From contig CP182352.1 in assembly GCA_048571215.1 (NCBI GenBank), positions 2,432,001 to 2,496,000 of the forward strand: DNA of 64,000 nt. Direction: 5' to 3'. The DNA comes from Halarcobacter sp. (GTDB lineage: Bacteria; Campylobacterota; Campylobacteria; Campylobacterales; Arcobacteraceae). Every line of letters starts with the position of its first letter. Position 1 is the first letter of the stretch. This document shows, one piece after another, positions 43,308 to 53,619 of this stretch. The notes below the pieces were generated by a model. It saw only the letters and a program-made list of their open reading frames with translations. It was not told where the DNA came from and made no database searches. A program made the position numbers and the translations under genes.

Positions 43308-44450
43308 TTAGTTATTATTTAAATTTTTTGCACAAGATACAGCCTGTGCAAAAACAATTTGAAAATTATAGCCACCAAGTTCTCCCGTGATATCTAAACA
43401 TTCACCTATAAAAAAAAGATTTTTTTGAAGTTTACTCTCATAGGTATTTATCTCGATTTCATTTGTAAAAATTCCACCTTTTGTAACCTCAGCTTTTGTA
43501 AATCCAAAAGTTCCCGCTGGTGAAAACTCATAGTTTTTTAAAATTTTCAATTTTTGTTTTTCATCTTTAGTTAATGAACTAATTGATTTATCCTCTAGCT
43601 CAATTGAGTTTAAGAACTCTTGCATAAATCTTTTTGGTAAAGGTATTGCTGAACTGATTTTTTTATTCCCTTTTAGATATTTTTCTAAATTTTGCTTTTT
43701 TAAAAAATCAATTGAGATTTTTCCTTTTTGCCAATAAAGTGAACTATTTAAAATAACAGGACCAGAGCAGCCTTTGTGGGCAAAAAGTAAACTTCCCTCA
43801 AACTCTTTTTCATCAATACTAATATTTACATCACATGAAATTCCACTAAGATTTTTAAACCAAAATTGATCTTTTTGAACGGTAAATCCCACAAGTGCTG
43901 GGGAAGTTTTTATTATAGTATGTCCAAATTTTTTTGCAATATCATAAGCTATTGAAGAAGCCCCTAAACTTTCATAGGATAAACCACCACTTGCAACTAC
44001 AACTTTTTTTGCTAGGATTATATTTTTATTTGTTGTGATTTTAAAAATCTCATCAAAACTTATATCAATCACTTTTGTATTTAGATATTTTTTTACTTTT
44101 GAAGTTAGTTTTTCAAACATCTTTATAACATCACTTGAACTATTACAAAAATATGTTCCTTTTATTATTTTAGGATTTATTTTTGGGAAAACTGTATTTG
44201 AATTTAAGAATGCTAATAAATCTTTATTTGAGAACTCATTTAAAGCAGTTTTTACAAACTCTTTATCTCCTAAATAATTTTTTTCACTAAGGTTTTCATT
44301 AGTGATATTACACTTTGCTCCACCACTAACTTTTATCTTTTCACCAACTTTAGAGTTTGAATCAATTAAACAAACATTATCACTTTTTATTTTAGAAGCA
44401 AACATCAAGCCACTTGCCCCTGCCCCTATTATGGCTATATCGTATACTAT
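43308..44450 (-). CDS. HI0933/BaiN-family flavoprotein
   Basis: SGGAKCNITN, ASGG.S, AEVTKGG, GELGGYN; frame extends 14 codons upstream of the track start to include YDIAIIGAGASG, implying an ATA start. Confidence 0.88.
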   Translation of the reverse strand: MVYDIAIIGAGASGLMFASKIKSDNVCLIDSNSKVGEKIKVSGGAKCNITNENLSEKNYLGDKEFVKTALNEFSNKDLLAFLNSNTVFPKINPKIIKGTYFCNSSSDVIKMFEKLTSKVKKYLNTKVIDISFDEIFKITTNKNIILAKKVVVASGGLSYESLGASSIAYDIAKKFGHTIIKTSPALVGFTVQKDQFWFKNLSGISCDVNISIDEKEFEGSLLFAHKGCSGPVILNSSLYWQKGKISIDFLKKQNLEKYLKGNKKISSAIPLPKRFMQEFLNSIELEDKSISSLTKDEKQKLKILKNYEFSPAGTFGFTKAEVTKGGIFTNEIEINTYESKLQKNLFFIGECLDITGELGGYNFQIVFAQAVSCAKNLNNN

Positions 44451-45688
44451 TTTTTTATCCTTTTACAAATAAAAATATTTGTTCTATCTTTATACATATA
44501 CTCCAAGGTATAATCATTTGCTTTTAAAATATTATTTATAATATAAAATCCCAAGCCAAAAGAGTTTTCCCTTTTCTCTTCATTTGAAAAGAATGGTTCA
44601 TAATACTCTTCCAATTTATATTTTAAGGGTTCTCCTATATTTTCAAAGATTATATCTTCATTTTCACTTTTTATAATAACCTTTTTATTGCTTGAGTATT
44701 TAATTGCATTATCAATTAGATTTTTAACAGCTACACAAAAAAGTTTAAAATTAACTTCTAGTTTTTTATTCTCATGATGCTCTTCAACCTCATCATCCTC
44801 AACCATCAAAATATCTTTTGCATTATCAATAATATCATTTAAAAAATAATAGTTTTTCTCTATATTTTTTGTTGATGAGATCAACTCCTCAATTGAAGCA
44901 AACTCATTTATAAGTTGTTCTAGTCTATTAAAAACCTCTTTTAATCTTTTGTCATTATCTTCACTTCTATCTAATTCAGCTAAAAACTTACCTTTTGTAA
45001 TAGGAGTTTTAAGTTCATGCATAATATTTCGTATAAATATATTTCTTGCTTCTTTTATCTGTTTTAGTTTTTTTGCAGTTTTTTTAAACTCCATACCTAG
45101 TCTTGATACTTCATCTTTTCTATTAGTATCACAACACTCAAAATCAAAATTCTCATCACCTAAATTACTAACTTTATCTTTAAGTATTTTTAATGGCATT
45201 AGTTTTCGTAAAGTTACAATAAAAGATAAAATCAAAGTTATAAGAATAACAATAAATACTAAAATAATATAAATACTATCATTTTGAGTTAAACCATTTT
45301 TGTCTTCAATCAAAAATGTCATATTTTTTCTTTTTAAATACACATATTGTTTATCATTTAACTGCAAAACTCTAAATTTAATATCTCTTATATCTCTATC
45401 TACAATAACCTTTGTATTTATGTTATAAGTTATTGCATCAACTGCAGTTTTCTTATCTATTAAAATATAATTTAGTGTTTCTAAATTATCAATAAATCTA
45501 GTACTAAACTCATTGTGTTTATGGTATTGTTTAAATACAATCTTGGAAACAGGTCCATATTTTCTTAATAAATCATGCTCCAAACCCTCTTGGTTTGTTT
45601 TAAGAAGTATTGCAAAACTTATTAATACTAGTAACATTGATATAATAAAACTTACAGTTATTGTGAAAAATATTGATTCTCTATTCAT
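44447..45688 (-). CDS. Sensor histidine kinase with HAMP domain (ArsS/RacS-like)
   Basis: Two TM segments, HAMP (DEV..L), MHELKTPITKG, NLIDNAIKY, SFGLG. Confidence 0.92.
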   Translation of the reverse strand: MNRESIFFTITVSFIISMLLVLISFAILLKTNQEGLEHDLLRKYGPVSKIVFKQYHKHNEFSTRFIDNLETLNYILIDKKTAVDAITYNINTKVIVDRDIRDIKFRVLQLNDKQYVYLKRKNMTFLIEDKNGLTQNDSIYIILVFIVILITLILSFIVTLRKLMPLKILKDKVSNLGDENFDFECCDTNRKDEVSRLGMEFKKTAKKLKQIKEARNIFIRNIMHELKTPITKGKFLAELDRSEDNDKRLKEVFNRLEQLINEFASIEELISSTKNIEKNYYFLNDIIDNAKDILMVEDDEVEEHHENKKLEVNFKLFCVAVKNLIDNAIKYSSNKKVIIKSENEDIIFENIGEPLKYKLEEYYEPFFSNEEKRENSFGLGFYIINNILKANDYTLEYMYKDRTNIFICKRIKK

Positions 45689-46365
45689 TGTATAAATTTA
45701 TATCCCATTCCTCTGATTGTGTGAAGATATTGTGGTTCTTTTGGATTATCTTCAATCTTTTGTCTTATTCTATTAATTATTACTGCTAAAGAACCTGAAT
45801 TTTCATAATCTGAATTTAATAAATCTGAATTTTCAAAAATATCTTCTCTACTGATTACAAAACCTTCTCTTCTTATCATTAAAGATAAAACCTCATATTC
45901 AGCAGCAGTAAATTTAATATACTTTCCATTTTTTGTTATCTCTTTTTTATCACTATCAAGTTTAAAAGTAGCTTGTATGGTGCTATTCTGTTCATCATTT
46001 TGATGGTTAAATCTTCTAAGTATTGTTTTGATTCTTACTTCTAATTCTCTTGGATCATAAGGTTTAGGCAAATAATCATCAGCACCTAATTGTAAAGCAG
46101 TAACCTTATCAGTTATATCACTTCTTGCACTTGAAATAATAATAGGTATATCAAAGTTTTTTACTATCTCTTTACAAACATCAAGACCATCCATACCAGG
46201 AAGAGTCAAATCTAAGATAATTAGATCATATTTATTTATTTTTAAACTACTAAGAGCCAAAAAAGGCTCTTCGTAGTTAATAACTTCGATATTATATTTT
46301 TTTAGATATTGAGTTAAAACATCAGCAAGTTCTAAATCATCTTCTACCATTGCAATTTTTATCAA
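45685..46365 (-). CDS. OmpR-family response regulator
   Basis: VEDD, LDLTLP, GADDYLPKPY, winged-helix tail TIRGMGYK. Confidence 0.93.
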   Translation of the reverse strand: MIKIAMVEDDLELADVLTQYLKKYNIEVINYEEPFLALSSLKINKYDLIILDLTLPGMDGLDVCKEIVKNFDIPIIISSARSDITDKVTALQLGADDYLPKPYDPRELEVRIKTILRRFNHQNDEQNSTIQATFKLDSDKKEITKNGKYIKFTAAEYEVLSLMIRREGFVISREDIFENSDLLNSDYENSGSLAVIINRIRQKIEDNPKEPQYLHTIRGMGYKFIQ

Positions 46366-46831
46366 AGTTCATCCTTTTTTCCATCATTGCCATTTTTTTA
46401 TCTTCTCTTAAATCCATCAACACTTTTAACTGCTCTTTTTGAGTTTGTGTTAATATAGCATAAACTTTTTCAATCATTTGTGCTTTTGATTCTACCATAT
46501 TATCTCTTTTTTGTTTCATTATTTCAATAAACTTATCTTTATCAAATGAAGTTTTTGTAAATGCAACATTTAAACTCTTTTTATTTTTCATCATCTCTTT
46601 TTTTATTTCAAAGATTTTAGTTTTTTGCTCAGCTGTTAGATTAAGTTTATTTACCATTGATAAAAAAGGTGAACTTTTTTTATGGTATCTCATTTTAAAA
46701 TCTTTTTTAAAACTTTTTTGTTGACTCATATCACCTGGATTCATTCCACTATATGCAAATGCTGAAGTTGATAATAAACCAACTAAAGCCAATGCCATTA
46801 AAGTTTTCTTTTTTTCTATTTGTTTAATCAT
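46337..46831 (-). CDS. Spy/CpxP-family periplasmic protein
   Basis: Signal peptide, two LTxxQ motifs (LTAEQ, LTQTQ), first gene of the two-component operon. Confidence 0.85.
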   Translation of the reverse strand: MIKQIEKKKTLMALALVGLLSTSAFAYSGMNPGDMSQQKSFKKDFKMRYHKKSSPFLSMVNKLNLTAEQKTKIFEIKKEMMKNKKSLNVAFTKTSFDKDKFIEIMKQKRDNMVESKAQMIEKVYAILTQTQKEQLKVLMDLREDKKMAMMEKRMNFDKNCNGRR

Positions 46832-46861
46832 TGTTTATCCTTTTTATTTTTTAACTATAGA

Positions 46862-46916
46862 ATTATGACATTAAGATTTTAATGGTCTTTAAATCCTTTA
46901 TTAATCCAATCTTAAT
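46862..46916 (-). promoter_or_regulatory. Extended -10 (TGtCATAAT) preceded by four ATT(A/T)A repeats at 11-bp spacing
   Basis: Minus strand attaagattgg-attaataaagg-atttaaagacc-attaaaatctt; plus-strand repeat starts 46879, 46890, 46901, 46912. Confidence 0.45.
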
Positions 46917-46983
46917 GATATATATTTCTAAACTTAATCTATTTTATAATAAAATCTAATAATAAATATGCAAAAGGTTTATC

Positions 46984-48282
46984 ATGATAAGAAGAGATTT
47001 TTTTAAATATACATTTTTAACCACTGCTACATTAACTTCTCTTAATGCTAATACAAAAAAAGATGACAACTCAACTGTAAAAACAGATATCGCTATTTTA
47101 GGTGGAGGTTTTGCAGGACTAAGTTGTGCAAAAGAGTTAAAAAGATTAAACCCAAATTTAGATGTAACAATTATAGAAAAAAAAGAGTCTTTTACCTCTT
47201 GCCCTTTTTCTAATCTTTGGTTAGGTGAGACTCAAGGTATAAGTTATGAAAACCTTAATTACCCTTATAATGATGCTATTATAAAATATAACTATAATTT
47301 TTTAAATGAAACAATTATTGATGTAAAAAAAGACAAAAAAATTGTAATCACAGATAAAAATTCTATTAAATATAAATATTTAGTTCTAGCTTTGGGAATA
47401 GATTACGACTATTCCTATCTATTTAAAGATAAAAAAAAGATAGAAAAAGCAAAACTTTTTGCGCCAGCTGGATTAAAACCAGGAAGTGAACATCTAAAAA
47501 TAAAAGAATCCATAAAAAATTTTAAAACAGGTAATTTTATTATAACGGTACCCCCATTTTCATATAAATGTCCCCCTGCACCTTATGAAAGAGCTTGTAT
47601 GATTGCAAACTATTTTAAAAAAAATAATATTAATGGGAAAGTTATAGTTTTAGACCCAAGAGAGAAACCTTTAGCTAAACCTAAAAAAATTTTAAAGGCT
47701 TTTAGTAACTTTTATAAAGAGTATATAACTTATATTCCAAACTCAAAAATTCTTGATGTGGAGTTTGAGAAAAAAAACTTAAGTTATGAGTTTTTTGACG
47801 AGCAGGAGTTAGAAAATAAAAAGCTAAAAATACAATATTCACAACTTTGTCTTATGCCTAAAAACAAAGCAAACTCACTTATAGAAAAAATTGGACTAGA
47901 ACTAACTCCTGATGGTTGGGCAAAACTTAAAGAACCTACATTTAGGAGTACTGTTGATGAAAATATTTATGTAATTGGTGATGCCCAAGGTACTTACCCT
48001 TTCCCCAAGTCAGCTCAAATGGCAAACTCTTGCGCCTATATTGTTGCAAATGAGATTGTAAATACAATTGCAAAAATCCCTTTTGATTATAGAAAAAATC
48101 TTCCAGGAAATATTTGTTATTCTATGATAACAGATGATTTGGCAACTAGTGTTACCCACTCTTATTTATACACTAATAAGATGAATCTAAGTGTAAGTGT
48201 AAGCAATATAGACAAATATACTGCGCAGGCTGCATATGGTTGGTATTTTGGTTTAATAGAAGATATTTTAGCAATTAAATAA
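46984..48282 (+). CDS. Tat-exported flavocytochrome c sulfide dehydrogenase flavoprotein (FccB/SoxF-like)
   Basis: RRDFFK Tat motif, GGGFAG, SCPFSN, YKCPPAPYERA, PKSA, NICYS. Confidence 0.85.
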   Translation: MIRRDFFKYTFLTTATLTSLNANTKKDDNSTVKTDIAILGGGFAGLSCAKELKRLNPNLDVTIIEKKESFTSCPFSNLWLGETQGISYENLNYPYNDAIIKYNYNFLNETIIDVKKDKKIVITDKNSIKYKYLVLALGIDYDYSYLFKDKKKIEKAKLFAPAGLKPGSEHLKIKESIKNFKTGNFIITVPPFSYKCPPAPYERACMIANYFKKNNINGKVIVLDPREKPLAKPKKILKAFSNFYKEYITYIPNSKILDVEFEKKNLSYEFFDEQELENKKLKIQYSQLCLMPKNKANSLIEKIGLELTPDGWAKLKEPTFRSTVDENIYVIGDAQGTYPFPKSAQMANSCAYIVANEIVNTIAKIPFDYRKNLPGNICYSMITDDLATSVTHSYLYTNKMNLSVSVSNIDKYTAQAAYGWYFGLIEDILAIK

Positions 48283-48352
48283 AGCTAAGATTCGATTAAT
48301 TTTTAAAATAACTGCTTTAGTGTATAATATATGAAAATAACGAAGAGAACAA

Positions 48353-50461
48353 ATGAAACTATCTAAATCTATTTTTAATTCAATCTTTTTAGTATCAATA
48401 TTCTCTATTCTTTTAGTAAGTGCTTTTTTTATTTTATTTCAATTTAATAATTTTAATAAAGATAAGAAAAATCTAAAAGAAGATTATATAGAAAGAAAAA
48501 AGATTTTATTAAAAAAAGAGGTTTTGCTTGTTTATAATTATATACAATACCAAGAAAAAAGAAAAAACTTAGAATTAAGAAAAAAATTAAAACAACAAGT
48601 TGAACAAGCTTATACTACAATTTTAAATATATATGAAGAAAACAAAGATAAGTTAAGTGAAGATGAGATTAAATACCTTATAGTTCAAGTTTTAAAAAAT
48701 ATAACATTTAAAAATAAAAGACAATATTTTTTTATAAATACAAATTCGGGTCAAGCAATTCTTTATAATAAAAATTTATATTTAGATACAAATAAAAACT
48801 TATGGGATTTACAAGATTTAAAAGGACAATACTTTATAAGAAAACAAAGTAAAATAGCCCTATCAGAAGGTTCTGGTTTTATTAAAATCTATTTTGCTAA
48901 AGCTAATAATAAACAAGATCCCAAATTAAGTTACATCAAAAACTTTAAACCCTTTAATTGGCATATAGGAATGGGGGAGTATTTAGATGATTTTACATAT
49001 GAACTTAAACAAGATATTTTAGAATATATTGCAAGTATTAGATTTGATAAAAATGGGTATATTTTTATCAATAGTATAGATAAAAAAGCATTGGTTTTTG
49101 ATGGTAGAAAACTTGCCATTGCAAAAACTTATCCAAATGATAAATTATTTAAGAAGCAACTAAATGCAATAAAAAATAAAAATGGAGATTTTTTCTTTTA
49201 TAAATTTAAAAAATTAAATGGTCAAAAAAAGTTTCCAAAACTAGCATATGTAAAGCTTTATGAAAATTGGGGTTGGATTATTGGAAGTGGCATCTACATA
49301 GATGAAATTGACACCCAATTGGCTAAAAAAGATAATCAACTAACAATGGTGATTAAAGAAGAACTTCTAATAATATTTATTTTTCTAATTTTTACTATTA
49401 TTTTAATATATATCTTATCAAAAAGTTTAAGCTTAAAACTTATAAATAATCTAGAACTTCTTAGTGTTTCCTTTGATAAGGCATCAAAAAACTTTACAAT
49501 TATTGATTCCTCTAAATTTAGTATCAAAGAGTTTAAATACTTTTCAAATAGTTTAAATAAAGTATTAGTTCAAAGAAATAATACACAGAAAAAATTAAAA
49601 AATTATTTGAATCTTGTAAATAACCATGTAATAACTTCTACAACGGATGAAAAAGGTATTATTACAAATGTTAGTGAAGCCTTTTGTAAAATTTCTGGAT
49701 ATTCAAAAAAAGAATTAATAGGTAAATCACATAATATTGTAAAACATGAAGATATGCCAGATGAATTATACAAAGATTTATGGCAAACAATTAAAAGTGG
49801 AAAGATATGGAAAGGTGAAATTAAAAATAAGAAAAAAAATGCAGACTCTTATTGGGTTGATGTTGTTATTGAACCAATTTTACAAGATTCAGTTATAGTT
49901 GGTTATACTGCCATAAGACATGATATTACAGATAAAAAAAAGGTTGAATACTTATCTATTACGGATGAATTAAGTGGTTTATACAATAGAAGGTTTTTCA
50001 ATCAAAAGATTGAAAATGAGATTAATAGAGCAAAAAGAGAAGATAATTATCTATCACTAATGATAATTGATGTTGATTTTTTTAAAAAATACAATGACAC
50101 ATATGGACATATGTTAGGAGATAGTGCCATTAAAAATCTTTCAGATGTTTTGATATCTATGGTCAATAGGTCAAGTGATTTTGCCTTTAGGTTAGGTGGA
50201 GAAGAGTTTGGAATAATAATTTCACAAAAAGATAAAGATAGTGCTTTTTTATATGCAAATAAAATAAAAGAAAAAATAGAACAACTTCATATTGAACATA
50301 GATTAAATAAAAGTTCAAAATATCTAACTGTTTCAATTGGTATTATTACAAAAAAAGCAATTGAAATCAAAAGTAGCAGTGAGTTATATAGTTTAGCTGA
50401 TGAGGCTTTATATCTATCAAAGAAAAATGGTAGAAACCAAGTAACAAGTATGAACTTATGA
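48353..50461 (+). CDS. Membrane diguanylate cyclase (double Cache, PAS, GGDEF)
   Basis: Two Cache-type repeats (YFFI..KLSY..W.IG.G.Y), PAS, RSSD I-site, GGEEF. Confidence 0.9.
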   Translation: MKLSKSIFNSIFLVSIFSILLVSAFFILFQFNNFNKDKKNLKEDYIERKKILLKKEVLLVYNYIQYQEKRKNLELRKKLKQQVEQAYTTILNIYEENKDKLSEDEIKYLIVQVLKNITFKNKRQYFFINTNSGQAILYNKNLYLDTNKNLWDLQDLKGQYFIRKQSKIALSEGSGFIKIYFAKANNKQDPKLSYIKNFKPFNWHIGMGEYLDDFTYELKQDILEYIASIRFDKNGYIFINSIDKKALVFDGRKLAIAKTYPNDKLFKKQLNAIKNKNGDFFFYKFKKLNGQKKFPKLAYVKLYENWGWIIGSGIYIDEIDTQLAKKDNQLTMVIKEELLIIFIFLIFTIILIYILSKSLSLKLINNLELLSVSFDKASKNFTIIDSSKFSIKEFKYFSNSLNKVLVQRNNTQKKLKNYLNLVNNHVITSTTDEKGIITNVSEAFCKISGYSKKELIGKSHNIVKHEDMPDELYKDLWQTIKSGKIWKGEIKNKKKNADSYWVDVVIEPILQDSVIVGYTAIRHDITDKKKVEYLSITDELSGLYNRRFFNQKIENEINRAKREDNYLSLMIIDVDFFKKYNDTYGHMLGDSAIKNLSDVLISMVNRSSDFAFRLGGEEFGIIISQKDKDSAFLYANKIKEKIEQLHIEHRLNKSSKYLTVSIGIITKKAIEIKSSSELYSLADEALYLSKKNGRNQVTSMNL

Positions 50462-52020
50462 ATATCTTATCAAAAAAATTCCTTCTTTTTATAATTGTTT
50501 TAGAAATAGTATTCTCTTCAATATTTGGTATGTATATCTACAATGAAGAGAGTAAAAATATCAAAAAAAAATTTGAAAAAGATGTAGATGATAAAATAGT
50601 TGCTTTAGATATGGAACTTTCACTTAATTTTGAGGTTCTTTACTCAGTAAAAGGTCTTTTTGATACCTCAGAGTTGGTTACATATAAAGAGTTTCAATCC
50701 CTAACAAAAGAAGCTTTAAAAAGGCATAGAAGTATTCAATCTTTGGAATGGGCTCCTAAAATCAAGCATAAAGATAGAGCTTTTTATGAATCATTGATGA
50801 AAAAACAGTTTCCATTCTTCCAAATAACACAAAAAGATAAATCAGGCAAACTAATAAGAAGTAAAAATAAAGACTATTACTATCCTACTTTATATTTAGA
50901 ACCCTATTTAGGAAATGAATATTCACTAGGATTTGATTTGTCTTCTGAAGAGAAAAGGTTTAATACTTTAAAAAACTCTGCAAAATATAACAAGCTTCTT
51001 TCAACACCTATAATTAATTTATTACAAAATGGTATAGAAAGAAAAGGTTTTTTAACATTTTTACCCGTATATGAAAAAAAATCTTTTAATACAAAAAGCA
51101 GACTTAAAAATATCCAAGGCTTTGTTATAATAGTATTTAGAATTGATACCTTAATTGAAAATGCTTTAAATAAAACCCATATTGATGGAATCAATTTTAC
51201 TATTTATGATATAACTAAACAAAAAAATAAACTAATCTACGCTTCAAGTAAAAATGATAACTTATTAAAACATAGTTTTAAATATGAAAAAACTATTATC
51301 AATATTGATGAAAAGAAGTGGGAAATTATTGCTACTCCTTCAAATCATTATATAGATGAGAGAAGGACTGTCCTTCCATCTATGATAGTCCTTATAAGCG
51401 TTATTTTTATAATATTTACAACTTTTTATATAAATCTTATCATTCAAAGAAATAAACAAATTGAATCAAAAGTAAAACAAAGAACAAAAGAATTAAATGA
51501 AGCAAATGAAAAACTAAAAGAGATTTCAAGAACCGATTCTTTAACAAAAATTGCAAATAGAAGATATTTCAATGAAGTTATACAAAGTGAATGGTATAGA
51601 GCCATAAGGGAACGGACAGCTATCTCTATTATGTTGATTGATGTGGATTACTTCAAACTCTATAATGATAAATATGGGCATATAGAAGGGGATTATTGCT
51701 TAAAAGATATAGCCTTTGCTTTAAGAAACTCTTTAAATAGAAGCTCTGATTTTTTGGCAAGATATGGGGGAGAAGAGTTTGTGATAATACTTCCAAATAC
51801 AAATGATGCTAGTTTGGTTGCTAAAAACTGTCAAGAAAATATTCAAAAACTTGAAATAGAACATGAGGACTCAAAGATATCTAAATATGTGACAATAAGT
51901 ATTGGTATCAATTCATTAAAGCCCAAAAAAAGTGATAGTTTAACAAGTTTTATAAACAAAGCAGATCAAGCTTTATATAAAGCAAAAGAAAATGGTAGAA
52001 ATTGTATTTTTACCATCTAG
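50458..52020 (+). CDS. Membrane diguanylate cyclase (CHASE, GGDEF)
   Basis: LEWAP, YLEP..GN...LGFDL CHASE motifs, RSSD, GGEEF; overlaps the preceding gene by 4 nt. Confidence 0.9.
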   Translation: MNILSKKFLLFIIVLEIVFSSIFGMYIYNEESKNIKKKFEKDVDDKIVALDMELSLNFEVLYSVKGLFDTSELVTYKEFQSLTKEALKRHRSIQSLEWAPKIKHKDRAFYESLMKKQFPFFQITQKDKSGKLIRSKNKDYYYPTLYLEPYLGNEYSLGFDLSSEEKRFNTLKNSAKYNKLLSTPIINLLQNGIERKGFLTFLPVYEKKSFNTKSRLKNIQGFVIIVFRIDTLIENALNKTHIDGINFTIYDITKQKNKLIYASSKNDNLLKHSFKYEKTIINIDEKKWEIIATPSNHYIDERRTVLPSMIVLISVIFIIFTTFYINLIIQRNKQIESKVKQRTKELNEANEKLKEISRTDSLTKIANRRYFNEVIQSEWYRAIRERTAISIMLIDVDYFKLYNDKYGHIEGDYCLKDIAFALRNSLNRSSDFLARYGGEEFVIILPNTNDASLVAKNCQENIQKLEIEHEDSKISKYVTISIGINSLKPKKSDSLTSFINKADQALYKAKENGRNCIFTI

Positions 52021-52910
52021 ACTCTATCTCTAAGCCAAAATTCAAGTAGATTTCTAGCAATAGCTAACTTTCCAGGCAAACTAAAGCTTAAGCCCTCTTT
52101 ATTGTTTAAAGCATCTTTTACCTCGTCTTTGTGAAACCATTTTGCGTCTACTATCTCATTTGTATCTATATTAAGTTCTTGTGATATAGCCTCAATCTTC
52201 ATACCAACCATTAAAGTTGAGGGAAAAGGCCATGGTTGAGAGGAGATATATGTAACATTTTTTCCTTTTACACCAGATTCTTCATAAAGTTCCCTTAAGG
52301 AAGCCGCTTCCAAAGTTTCACCTACTTCTACATAACCCGCTAAACATGAATATCTATCTGCTTTAAAATTAATACCCTTTCCTAAAAGACAATAATCACC
52401 AAAGGTAACAAGCATTATTACAACGGGATCAATTCTAGGGAAATGCTCTTTATTACAAATAAGACAATCCCTTCTACCTCCAAGTTTTGCAAAAACAGTT
52501 TTTGTACCACAAGAGGCACAAAACTTATGGGAATCATGCCAGTTTAATAAAGAACATCCTTGGGCTATTATTCCTAAACTCTGCTCTTCTACAAAATCTA
52601 AGTTGGTAAATTCCCTTAGAGGAATTTTAGATAAAAAAGTATTCGCTTTTAAAGTAATTGCGAAATAATACTTATCTTTATAAGCACCCAAAAAAATTGT
52701 TTCATCCAAAGAGATATTGTATTTTTCAATAATATCTTTTTTAAAAAAATACTCTTTTGTGTTCTCATTTATCATGATGTTTGTTCCATCAAAAAAAATA
52801 AATACACTCTTTGAACTATTTCGATATAAAAGAATTTCCTCTTCTGTCATTTTTAGAGAATCAAATCTTTCTAAAGGGTTTTGGGAAAAATATGGAACTA
52901 TTTGTTTCAT
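52017..52910 (-). CDS. nudC: NAD(H) diphosphatase / NAD-capped RNA hydrolase
   Basis: FCASCG..CLIC zinc ribbon, FPRIDP, Nudix box RELYEESG, SQPWPFP. Confidence 0.93.
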   Translation of the reverse strand: MKQIVPYFSQNPLERFDSLKMTEEEILLYRNSSKSVFIFFDGTNIMINENTKEYFFKKDIIEKYNISLDETIFLGAYKDKYYFAITLKANTFLSKIPLREFTNLDFVEEQSLGIIAQGCSLLNWHDSHKFCASCGTKTVFAKLGGRRDCLICNKEHFPRIDPVVIMLVTFGDYCLLGKGINFKADRYSCLAGYVEVGETLEAASLRELYEESGVKGKNVTYISSQPWPFPSTLMVGMKIEAISQELNIDTNEIVDAKWFHKDEVKDALNNKEGLSFSLPGKLAIARNLLEFWLRDRV

Positions 52911-52921
52911 TATTCTAGATT

Positions 52922-53356
52922 TTACTTTTCATTTGAGTTAATCATCCAGATTGAAAATATATCTATATAGTTCCAAAATGATTGTTTTAACTCATCGGGC
53001 ATATCTAGAGAACTTAAAATCATAATATAAGACTCTAACCAAATTCTTCTAGCCTCAACTGTTATTTCAAAAGGGGAATGTCTAGCAACCATTCTAGGAG
53101 CACCTCTACTTTGGTCAAAATATCTAGGTCCCCCACAAATTTGTATAAAAAAATCTGCTGAGTGTTTTTTTGCCAGTTCAAAACCCTCATCACTTGGAGG
53201 AAATAAACCTCTAATATTGCTTTGTTTTAATAAATCATAATGATCAGAAATCATCTTTCTCATCCCCTCTTCCCCAAGGTATTCTAAGATTTGAGGATTT
53301 GGTAAGGCTACTTCTGGTCTTTGCCCTATTTGGGCTGGTGTAATTATATATTGCAT
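52922..53356 (-). CDS. Truncated (2/2) haemoglobin, group II-like
   Basis: CGGPRYF, GAPRMVARHSPF.I, WL motifs. Confidence 0.85.
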   Translation of the reverse strand: MQYIITPAQIGQRPEVALPNPQILEYLGEEGMRKMISDHYDLLKQSNIRGLFPPSDEGFELAKKHSADFFIQICGGPRYFDQSRGAPRMVARHSPFEITVEARRIWLESYIMILSSLDMPDELKQSFWNYIDIFSIWMINSNEK

Positions 53357-53371
53357 AAATTTCCTATAAAT

Positions 53372-53600
53372 TATTTAATTTTTTTTATTTTAACGAATCT
53401 ATTGTTTTTTATTTGTAAAGTTAAAACTGTAAAAAAAGTTTTAAGAAAAACAATATCTCAAAATAAAAACATTATTATAAGTAAAACTATCACTCTTTTA
53501 AAAGATACATTTCCATCTTTAGTTTGACTAAGTTCAAGAAAAATAAAAATATAAAAAGTACAAAAAACCAAATAGGTGTATTGGTTATAATTTCAGACAT
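53372..53600 (-). pseudogene. Decayed membrane protein gene (DUF6622-like)
   Basis: MSEIITNTPIWFFVLFIFLFFL then, after a frameshift, LSQTKDGNVSFKRVIVLLIIMFLF and a stop. Confidence 0.5.
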
Positions 53601-53619
53601 ATTATTTTATTTCTTTTTA

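Noticed and set aside
53321..53527. Plus-strand 68-aa ORF
   Set aside because: TTG start inside the globin gene on the opposite strand; better explained as the antisense of the decayed minus-strand gene.
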